Source: Bacteroidia bacterium
GTDB lineage: Bacteria > Bacteroidota > Bacteroidia > Flavobacteriales_D > JAUILH01
Direction of reading: 5' to 3'
Length of the DNA: 64,000 nt
Assembly (NCBI GenBank): GCA_030433115.1
Contig: JAUILH010000002.1
Coordinates: forward strand, 4,744 to 68,743
Made by a program: the position numbers and the translations under genes. Below the pieces are notes generated by a model. That model was not told where the DNA came from. It did no database searches and worked only from the letters and a program-made list of their open reading frames with translations. Shown here one piece after another: positions 45,473 to 53,000 of this stretch. Within the stretch, counting starts at the first letter, position 1; each line of letters starts with the position of its first letter.

Positions 45473-46969
45473 TCAATGCTGTTCAGGTTTTATCGACGGT
45501 AGTTTTTTTATCAATTCATATACCTTGCTTATCTCTGGATCAACTTTATCAATATAATTTTGCAAATCTTGTTTAACTAAAAAATGAGGGATTACTGGTA
45601 TGCCAATTTCAGTTTTAGAAAGTGCTATATGTCTTTCCATGGTTGGTAGTTCAAATCTGAAGCGAGAATTAGGCAAAGTGACGTGAAGGAAACCACCTCC
45701 ACAAAAAACCCCTCTAACACTGCCTGTTTCTTCTCCCACTATTGTTACATTTTCAAGTTCGGTGCATTTAGAAGCAAATATCGCACCTGCTGAAAAAGTA
45801 ATCCCACTTGTTAGAACAAAGGTATTTCCATAGTATTTGTTCTTTGTGATATTTTTAATCTTCATTTTGGGACCTGAAGGAATATGAGTGCAGGATTGAA
45901 TCTCCTTTGATTCAATACCGTCTGTCACTTTTAACCTTTGATTATCCAGTCTTAAAGTGTCATGTGTATTCAAAAAATTATAATGTCCGTCTGGATACTG
46001 GGTGTATACAGCAAAATCTTCAGTTCCATCTAGGTCGGTCACGCTATAATCAGTCCATTTGAAATCTTTAGGGCATAAGTAAGCAAATAAACACATGGCG
46101 AGTGCTCCAGAGCCTCCCCAATTTTCTCTTACATCAATTATAATATTCTCAATTTTCGACTTTCTGACCTTTTTAAAGAATCCATCAATAAACTTGTGAA
46201 AGTCTTGATTAGAATTCATAATCCGTCTGTAACCAAATGTATTAACCTCTATTATTGCGATATTGTTCTCCTTATCAAAAGTACTAGACAAGGGAGGTCT
46301 GGTATTCGAATTAATTCGAGTTTCATAATCTTTGATACCATCAATTGATTTTCGAATAGTATCTCCCAACACATTGATTGAGACAATATCATAGGTGTCA
46401 AATGGACCAAAGAAAAAATCAATATTTTGACCTAAAATTCTTTCGTTATATCGTTTTCTATAGATCGCGTTGTTATTGTCTGAGGTAGTATACCTAAAAC
46501 ATACTGAAAGAATTGAATCTGAAGAAATACTGTTAATGGAGACAATTTTTGTATGCAAGAAATCTGAAGTTCCAGAAATAAGGGTATCGACAATGTATAT
46601 TTCATTATCAATTATTTTATATCTAAAAGGTAGTGTTGTACTGCTTCTTTTCGTTGCGTTGTATTTCTCTCCAAGTGATAATCCTGTATGACCGTCTTTC
46701 AAATAGACTAATGATTCAAGAAGCTTTAGGTAGAAGGCATCAAAGGATATTGAGTCGGGAATCTCAGTGTTCAAACTTTTGAGAAGTGAATCAATTTCAA
46801 CTTTATTGCGATAAATATAACGTCCAGGATGATGATTAAGGGCATCTGAAAATACGATTAGGTCTTCATCCGCCTTTTTATGAGATAGATAAGGCTCTTG
46901 CGCGTCTGTTTCTGTGAAACCGAAAAAGAAAATAAGTGCGAGAATTGTTTGAAGTAAATATGGACGCAT
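45473..46969 (-). CDS. S41-family (tail-specific/C-terminal processing type) peptidase-like protein
   Basis: It has a signal peptide. IIDVRENWGGSGALAMCLFAYL matches the DxRxNxGG motif, and FVLTSGITFSAGAIFASK matches the catalytic Ser region TxSAxE-like. Confidence 0.7.
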   Translation of the reverse strand: MRPYLLQTILALIFFFGFTETDAQEPYLSHKKADEDLIVFSDALNHHPGRYIYRNKVEIDSLLKSLNTEIPDSISFDAFYLKLLESLVYLKDGHTGLSLGEKYNATKRSSTTLPFRYKIIDNEIYIVDTLISGTSDFLHTKIVSINSISSDSILSVCFRYTTSDNNNAIYRKRYNERILGQNIDFFFGPFDTYDIVSINVLGDTIRKSIDGIKDYETRINSNTRPPLSSTFDKENNIAIIEVNTFGYRRIMNSNQDFHKFIDGFFKKVRKSKIENIIIDVRENWGGSGALAMCLFAYLCPKDFKWTDYSVTDLDGTEDFAVYTQYPDGHYNFLNTHDTLRLDNQRLKVTDGIESKEIQSCTHIPSGPKMKIKNITKNKYYGNTFVLTSGITFSAGAIFASKCTELENVTIVGEETGSVRGVFCGGGFLHVTLPNSRFRFELPTMERHIALSKTEIGIPVIPHFLVKQDLQNYIDKVDPEISKVYELIKKLPSIKPEQH

Positions 46970-47207
46970 GATTTTTAGTGTTCATAACGCTCTAGTAAAT
47001 TTTGGTTACACATTTTACTCTTTAATCAATGCCAACTTGCTGTTATGCGTCACCATTATCAAAAAGTACAGATTAACTTATACTGAAGCAGAAAATCCGG
47101 CTATTCGGGATTACTATGATTCCTGATGTTTTCCTTGGGTACTTTTTGTGTCCAGGGCAGACTGTTACATCCAATCTTTACGCAACCTAAAAGTTAACTG
47201 TAATATT

Positions 47208-47236
47208 CCCCTCTCTGAAAAAAGTGATTTTGTTCG
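47208..47236 (+). promoter_or_regulatory. Recurrent intergenic motif, locus C (core GAAAAAAGTGA at 47217-47227)
   Basis: cccctctctGAAAAAAGTGAttttgttcgag is nearly identical to locus A. It lies about 245 bp upstream of the S41 peptidase start and about 50 bp downstream of the 61-aa ORF. Confidence 0.55.
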
Positions 47237-47283
47237 AGTATCTTCAGTTTTTCGATGAGCATGTTGGCGCAAGGAGATCAATC

Positions 47284-47469
47284 CTAATTTTTGGAATTTT
47301 CCTGCTCAAGTGTACGGATATAGTTTTCTAAAAGAAATATGGTAAACTTCTCTATTTCTCCAATATGATTCCACAATTCTTCGTCTGACGTGATTTCAAA
47401 TTTGCCCTCTTTGCTCTTCAACTTTTTGGGAGTAAGACCTGACTTACCAAGTTCATATACGTCTTTCAT
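47284..47469 (-). CDS. Small hypothetical protein (61 aa)
   Basis: It is an ORF only (MKDVYELGKSGLTPKKLKSKEGKFEITSDEELWNHIGEIEKF...). It is preceded by a phased direct repeat and a terminator, so it may be an independent transcription unit. Confidence 0.3.
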   Translation of the reverse strand: MKDVYELGKSGLTPKKLKSKEGKFEITSDEELWNHIGEIEKFTIFLLENYIRTLEQENSKN

Positions 47470-47502
47470 AATTTCAATAAAACATCAAACCCCAAGTACT
47501 AG

Positions 47503-47532
47503 TTCGAACCAAAAAGGGAAAATTTCGAACCA
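47503..47532 (-). promoter_or_regulatory. Two exact 9-bp direct repeats TGGTTCGAA (minus strand) with a 21-bp period, 34 bp upstream of the 61-aa ORF
   Basis: The plus-strand sequence ttcgaacca occurs at 47503-47511 and 47524-47532. Each repeat contains the palindrome TTCGAA. Confidence 0.45.
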
Positions 47533-47574
47533 GGACAAAAAGCTCGTAACACACTATTTATCAGTAGATTTAAA

Positions 47575-47610
47575 ACCAAAAAAAGCCAACCCCAACAGGA
47601 TTGGCTTTTT
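47575..47610. terminator. Bidirectional terminator hairpin just outside the distal tRNA-Arg repeat
   Basis: ccaaaaaaa-gccaacccc-aaca-ggattggc-tttttc has an A-run on one side and a T-run on the other. Confidence 0.7.
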
Positions 47611-47630
47611 CAAAGTGACCCCGCCAGGAT

Positions 47631-47788
47631 TACTCCATGATCCTTTGTACTCCGTTTTGAAATATGAAGTCTCCACGTTTTACAAACGTGGTACTTTTTT
47701 GTTTGACATTCTTTCGCTCAAACTTAGTTTGGCTCAATCTTGCCAAACAAAAAAGTCGTCCCGAATTCGGGACGACTTCATCTTATCC
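47631..47788 (-). repeat. tRNA-linked 158-bp structured non-coding module, copy 2 (3' of tRNA-Arg), flanked by a perfect 17-bp direct repeat
   Basis: It is homologous to 25660-25814. It is bracketed by gtgaccccgccaggatt at 47614-47630 and at 47789-47805, the latter being the 3' end of the tRNA. Its hairpins are at 47752-47778, 47727-47746 and 47672-47690. Confidence 0.88.
47748..47779 (-). terminator. Rho-independent terminator of tRNA-Arg (hairpin H3 of the module)
   Basis: On the minus strand, AAGTCGTCCCG-AATT-CGGGGACGACTT (one bulged base) is followed by TTTTTTG. Confidence 0.78.
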
Positions 47789-47789
47789 G

Positions 47790-47863
47790 TGACCCCGCCA
47801 GGATTCAAACCTGGAACCTCTTGAGCCGTAATCAAGTACTCTATTCAGTTGAGCTACGGGGCC
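47790..47863 (-). tRNA. tRNA-Arg (anticodon ACG)
   Basis: Hand-folded cloverleaf of 74 nt with no encoded CCA. Acceptor GGCCCCG/CGGGGTC (one G-U pair), D-arm GCTC-AACTGAATA-GAGT, anticodon arm CTTGA-TTACGGC-TCAAG, variable loop AGGTT, T-arm CCAGG-TTTGAAT-CCTGG, discriminator A. Confidence 0.9.
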
Positions 47864-47966
47864 AAATGTATTAAGCGATGGCAAATATATGGAAAGTATA
47901 TTGTTTGTCAATGGATTTTCTGATCTTGGCTATTCTGTGTAACTAATTTCTGCTGTTGACGTAACC

Positions 47967-48533
47967 ATGTCCGTGCGATTAAACCATGTGAATAGTCTGA
48001 TCTTCCCGGTTCTTCATCTTGCTTTTCTCTTTTCATTAATTGAATCGGAGAATGGATCAATGAAACACAATTATCTCTCGTATAATAGGCTATGGCTTGG
48101 TTTGGGTATTTTATGTCTCATTGGTATGAAGACTCTGTACCCCAGACAAGCAGACCTTCGAAGAAACTACACCGATATTCTAATGGTTATTCTGGGAGGT
48201 ACAACGACATTCTTTCTGAGTCAGGATTTGAAATTGGGACCTGTGATTGCGGCTGGAATTGTAGGAGTCTTGGCATCATTTCTTCCATCGTTATATAAAA
48301 AGCATACAGACACATTAAAACTTGCTTCATTTTCAATTTACTGTGGGGCTTTTGTTGGTATGTCCTCAACCCTGGTATTCGACAATTACGCGCACCTCAC
48401 CCTGGCTTCTTTATTTGCCGGAATCATTTACGTGTGGACAACAAGGTCTTTTAACGGCATTGGTGGCAAGCACGGTACCATTGCCTTTGCTGGTGTATTC
48501 ATCCTTAAAACGCTGTTAGATGTGGTCGCTTGA
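47967..48533 (+). CDS. Hypothetical polytopic membrane protein (paralogue of the next gene)
   Basis: The 188-aa ORF has 4-5 TM helices. The shared pattern LKxGxVxA...GxxFxGMSxT...ASxxxA...FxGxGGKxG aligns with 48520-48930. Confidence 0.5.
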   Translation: MSVRLNHVNSLIFPVLHLAFLFSLIESENGSMKHNYLSYNRLWLGLGILCLIGMKTLYPRQADLRRNYTDILMVILGGTTTFFLSQDLKLGPVIAAGIVGVLASFLPSLYKKHTDTLKLASFSIYCGAFVGMSSTLVFDNYAHLTLASLFAGIIYVWTTRSFNGIGGKHGTIAFAGVFILKTLLDVVA

Positions 48534-48930
48534 GGTATTTCTATGGTACATAGTATTCAGCTTTTCAGGTTTGTGGAGCACACACTACCTCAACCATCAT
48601 TTGAAGCAAGGGAGTGTGAGAGCGTCTGCCCTAAGCAGTTTATTAGTTGGTCTGGTGTTTCATTTCAATCCGGACATGTTTGTTTCATCTCTTCAGATGA
48701 ATTTACCTCTGGTATTCATAGGCACCAGTTTTATTGGCATGAGTAACACACGGCACTTTAATTCAATGCTCAAGTTCATTGTAGCTTCTGTGATTTTCGC
48801 TGCACTTTTTATGGGTTCCCAAAGTATTTTTTCGGGGTATGGTGGTAAATTGGGTTTGATGGCCAATGTGTCTGTGGTGTCAGTCATTGGCTTGTTCTCA
48901 ATGATCAAGAAGCCTACTCCAAATACTTAG
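48520..48930 (+). CDS. Hypothetical polytopic membrane protein (paralogue of the previous gene)
   Basis: The 136-aa ORF overlaps the upstream paralogue by 14 nt. It carries the same conserved GMS(S/N)T and G(I/Y)GGK(H/L)G motifs. Confidence 0.5.
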   Translation: MWSLEVFLWYIVFSFSGLWSTHYLNHHLKQGSVRASALSSLLVGLVFHFNPDMFVSSLQMNLPLVFIGTSFIGMSNTRHFNSMLKFIVASVIFAALFMGSQSIFSGYGGKLGLMANVSVVSVIGLFSMIKKPTPNT

Positions 48931-49702
48931 GGATCTCAGGGATGAATGCTTTAATATCAGCAATCCTTTGTTCATCGCTTGGGTGAGTGCTCACCAAAAC
49001 TGGTGGCTTTTCACCTCCTAACTTGCTCATTTTTGCCCAAAAATCAATGGCTTTTTCCGGTTTATATCCAGCCAATGCCATAAAAACTAATCCCAACTTG
49101 TCCGCTTCACTTTCGTTCTTTCGGCTATACTTTAACATCCCCAAAGTAGTCACAATACCATACGATTGAAGAAACACATCATTATTCCCTTCTTCATTTC
49201 CTGCTCCCAAAACAGCGCCACCAACGTTTACCAAAACGCCTTTACTCATACGTTCGTTTCCATGTCGTGCAATGGCATGTGCAATTTCATGTCCCATAAC
49301 GGTTGCCAATAAATCATCATCGGTAGCCAGCTTCAATAATTCTGTGTAAACCACTACTTTTCCTCCGGGCATGCACCAGGCGTTTACAACCGGTTCATCC
49401 ACCACTTCAAATTGCCACTGAAATCCTTCTACACGCTTACTGGCATTGTTCTTTTTCAAAAAAGCTTCCACATTGTTTTTTATTTTCTCACCAACCCTTC
49501 TTACCTGCTGTACTCTGGGATCAGTATCGGGAAGAGGTGGATGTTCATTCAAAAATTTGCTGTACTCCACATTGGCCAACTCAATCATCTCGCTCTCCGG
49601 TCTTAAGTTAAGTTGCTTCCTTTTGGTGATAGGCACTCTATTACACCCTAAGGTGGCTAAAGCAATTAAACTCAATAAAACCAAACTCTTCATCTGTCTC
49701 AT
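48914..49702 (-). CDS. M48-family zinc metallopeptidase (lipoprotein)
   Basis: HEIAHAIARH is the HExxH motif, with a downstream Glu in ESEADKLG. The lipoprotein signal is MKSLVLLSLIALATLGC. I prefer the start at Met17 or Met20 of the ORF. Confidence 0.88.
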   Translation of the reverse strand: MRQMKSLVLLSLIALATLGCNRVPITKRKQLNLRPESEMIELANVEYSKFLNEHPPLPDTDPRVQQVRRVGEKIKNNVEAFLKKNNASKRVEGFQWQFEVVDEPVVNAWCMPGGKVVVYTELLKLATDDDLLATVMGHEIAHAIARHGNERMSKGVLVNVGGAVLGAGNEEGNNDVFLQSYGIVTTLGMLKYSRKNESEADKLGLVFMALAGYKPEKAIDFWAKMSKLGGEKPPVLVSTHPSDEQRIADIKAFIPEIPKYLE

Positions 49703-49704
49703 AA

Positions 49705-50013
49705 CTATTGTATTTCTGCGTTGATACCCCTTTCCAAAATTGCAGTGCAAAGTGGTTCTAATTTTTCATATTCTCCTTCCTTGACGGAACATTTACCTTT
49801 ATAATGAATGATATGTGTACACTGTTCTGCCTGAATTAAATCGTGCTTACAAACCTTCACCAGGGTATCTATCACATGGTCAAAGGTGTTGACATCATCA
49901 TTGAACACTACAAGATGCTTGCCATCTATCATTTCTTCTAAAACAACAACATCTTCAAGCTCTTGAACATCTGCACTCGCAAGCACGTTATTCTCAAATA
50001 AATTATTTCTCAT
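49705..50013 (-). CDS. clpS: ATP-dependent Clp protease adaptor ClpS
   Basis: LVVFNDDVNTFDHVIDTLVKVCKHDLIQAEQCTHIIHYKGKCSVKEG is the conserved ClpS core. The start is uncertain (50013, 50031 or 50037), and every candidate overlaps the 3' end of the giant gene, whose stop is at 50003-50005. Confidence 0.88.
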   Translation of the reverse strand: MRNNLFENNVLASADVQELEDVVVLEEMIDGKHLVVFNDDVNTFDHVIDTLVKVCKHDLIQAEQCTHIIHYKGKCSVKEGEYEKLEPLCTAILERGINAEIQ

Positions 50014-53000
50014 TTGTTCTGGTTTTAGCATCTTCAATATCTATTTCTTCATACTTGAAAAGAGCCACAATTTCGGTGCCTTCCAAACCTTGATTGTCAA
50101 AATAGTCTTTAGCCTGCAATGCTTCTGCAAATGTACTAAAGCCCACGTAATATACGGTTTCAAAATTTTCATTTTCTTCAGAAGTCCAGTCTCTGCCTGA
50201 TGTTAACAAGACTTGAGAGAACGATTGCGGCGCTTCATTTTCATAGACTCCTAGGATTAAACGGTACTCCAAACCATCCACTGGTGTGGGTTCATTGAAT
50301 GTTGGGGCCGTATCTACTGGATCGGAATCCACGGGGGCCGAATCCACAGGGGCAGGGTCAACTGAATCTGGGTCACTTGGTTCAGGTCCCGGATCTATAT
50401 CTGTATCGTCAATGTCCTCATCTCTATTAATCTCAACATCCTCTCCCATTCTCAGTTTTTGCGCATCTTCCAAAGAAATTTCATTGAATCCGTATTTGGC
50501 TCGGATCTCTGCTCCTTCAATCCCTTGAGATTTAAAGAATTCCAATTCATCCTGGATAGACTTATAGTTTTCCATGCTATTGCTCTGATACAAGGTTCCG
50601 TTTTCTGTCTCATCTGAAGACACTTTATCCTGATTTGATAGCACAACAACTGAAAAATCGGCAGGGGCTTCTCCCTCAAACTCACCCAACCACACGTAGT
50701 ACGATAAACCTTCAATAACTACTTCATCAAAAGTCTTAGGATCAACTGTGGCATTGGCGGCACTGTTTTCTTCCGTCCATTCAAAAACAGCATCTCCCTT
50801 TTCATTGATCAACTGCTGTGCTCGTGCATTTGTAATCCTTTCACCATTATAATATGCGGTTACGAAGGCATCAGGAACAGGTCCGCCTCTAATTTCATCT
50901 CTTCTAGGAGCAGCTTCCTGAACGGATTTAAACACCCCTGTAGAGTACTTAAACAACTGATTTACCTTAAACACAACCAAAGGTTCAACTGGAATGATGC
51001 CATCCTGAATTGGTTTGGAATAGGCCCCTACCTGAACAGTGAAGTACAAACCTGGAATTCCAGCTCCCGGAATCGCGTCTGCCGCTCCAGCCGTGCTTTT
51101 TATCTGATCAATCAAATCCTTGCTTTCTTGAGATTCATTGTAGACCACTTTGCTGCCGTCATCTCCTTCAAATACCTGACTATTTCCAGTTTGGTTGCCT
51201 GTTTGATTACCAGCCTGATTGCCAGTTTGGTTCCCAGTTTGATTACCGGTTTGGGTTCCAGTTTGATTGCCTGTTTGATTACCAGTTTGGTTACCCGCTG
51301 CCACATCAATACCATCCGTGATTGGTGGATGCTCTTGTTCATAAGCTCTGGCCTGAGCCAAGTTGACGCGTTCACCGTCAATGTATGCCACAACAAAGGC
51401 ATCATCATACCCTCCAAAGCCTCTGATTGTAGTTTTCGCTTCATTGGCTGTTTTATAATCACCAAAATACCCCACCATATATCGTTTAAGGTCTCCACGG
51501 ATGGTTTCCCCTGAGATTGGGGTAAATTGATTGAACAAATCCTGAGGAATTGGTCGTGCATAGGCACCAACCTGGACTTTATAAACCAGGCCTTTCGGAT
51601 TGTCCACATCCATTGGGATTGGCTTGTCTTCGTTGTACAAAGATTGATTTGTAGTGGCGAAAATGTTTGTATTCAAACTATCCGGAACAGTAAAGTCTGC
51701 ATCTGTAGGATCCAAAATATTCACTGGTGTCATGATTGGAGACGGCATATTATCACCATGAGTACCGGTCAAGTCTCTAAATCTATCGCCTTTGTTATCT
51801 GGCAATTCAGATCTATACTTAATCAAACCATCAAAACTGATTTTATAGCCTCTTTCCTTTTCCTCAGTATCTGCTTTGGCTACGTCCAACTGATCGTTTA
51901 GATCGTTTATTTCGCCTTGAACACCAACGATTCTTTGATTATAGCCATCTTGCTCATCATCCGGAGCAGTTGCAGCTTCCGACTGAAGATCAAGCAGTTC
52001 TCTTTCTTTTTTCTTAAGCTGCTCCTCTATATCGTTCTTATTCTGGATGGCATCTTCATAGTCTTGTTTTTTGGTTTTGTTTTCCTGTAACAAACCAAAA
52101 TAAATTTGGTAATCTTCATCTCGTCGTAATGCGTCTTCCTCTCCTGGCGACAGGTCCTTAGGTGCATCTGCTATTTTCTGTGTTTCGATGGCTTTGTTCT
52201 CAGCATCTGCTATATCATCAGCTTTCTTTTTTGTTCTTACCGCTTTATCTCTCAACTCATCGGCTTCTCTATCCAATTGGTCGGCTTGTGCAGTCAATGC
52301 CTTTTTATCCTTTTTCTTGGCATCCTTAGCTTCTTGTCTCAAGGCAGCTGCTTCATTTTCTTTTTGAGTTGCCTGTTGGTTGTAGTCGTCTGCTTTACTG
52401 TAGATCTGACCAGACTTACGTTCATTTGGATCGGCGGAAATATCTGTTACATCAATGGTCTTAGCTGGATCTGAGATGCTGCCCGGTTCGTAAAACTCGT
52501 CAGACATTTCCGTAAACATGTTATACGCCTCAGTTTTCTTTCCTATGGCATCATTCTCTTTTTTGACGGCAGATTTAATCAAGCTGTTTTTCTCAGAGTT
52601 GTCTTTGGTATCGTCAGCTTTTGATCTGAGACCTTTTGCTTCATCAAATAACTCATCCGCCTTTTTATCTAAATCGCTCGCCTTAACATAGTCAGGATTT
52701 GAAGAATCCGCTACACCATTATTGGTGGCATTGTCTTTTGCCGTATTGGTTTGATCGCTTTGATTTGTGAATTGAGCTTGATTTGAGTCACCCAACTTCT
52801 GACCAACCTTGATTTCTTCTTTGTCTTTTTTGTCCTGAAGTTTATCGATTTTCTTATCGATGGCTGCTTTTTCTTTATCTGAATCGGCAGCGTCTTTTTC
52901 ATCATTCAAAGCATCAATGGCCGAATTATAGTTCTGAATCTTTTCGCGTCCCTTTTCAGTATCCTTATAATTATCCAGAGCGCTATCATCTGTATAATTG

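Noticed and set aside
47480-47575. Possible decayed tRNA-Arg remnant (TTACGAGC...CCTGGTTCGAAA on the minus strand resembles the anticodon loop and T-arm)
   Set aside because: The similarity is patchy, at about 60% over short segments, and no cloverleaf can be drawn. The TTCGAA-containing repeats are reported instead as an operator-like direct repeat.
42000-47800. Impression of lower GC content, which might indicate an island next to tRNA-Arg
   Set aside because: It rests on two hand-counted 60-bp samples (about 37% versus 43%). It cannot be supported without a proper sliding-window calculation, so it appears only as a check under the 22-kb block finding.
47390-47824. 144-aa ORF from the track overlapping tRNA-Arg
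   Set aside because: For the same reason. It spans a terminator, the repeat module and part of the tRNA on the opposite strand, and it overlaps the 5' end of the 61-aa ORF antisense.
25600-47900. Search for an integrase, transposase, relaxase or phage gene that could explain the tRNA-flanking repeats
   Set aside because: None of the ORFs in or near the two tRNA loci shows the R..H..R..Y tyrosine-recombinase motifs, a DDE motif or serine-recombinase motifs. No autonomous mobile element is called.
51182-51295. Regular short repeats that might suggest a CRISPR array
   Set aside because: The unit is only 12 bp, there are no spacers, and the array is in frame within a long ORF, encoding (GNQT)n. 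No cas genes are present in the window.
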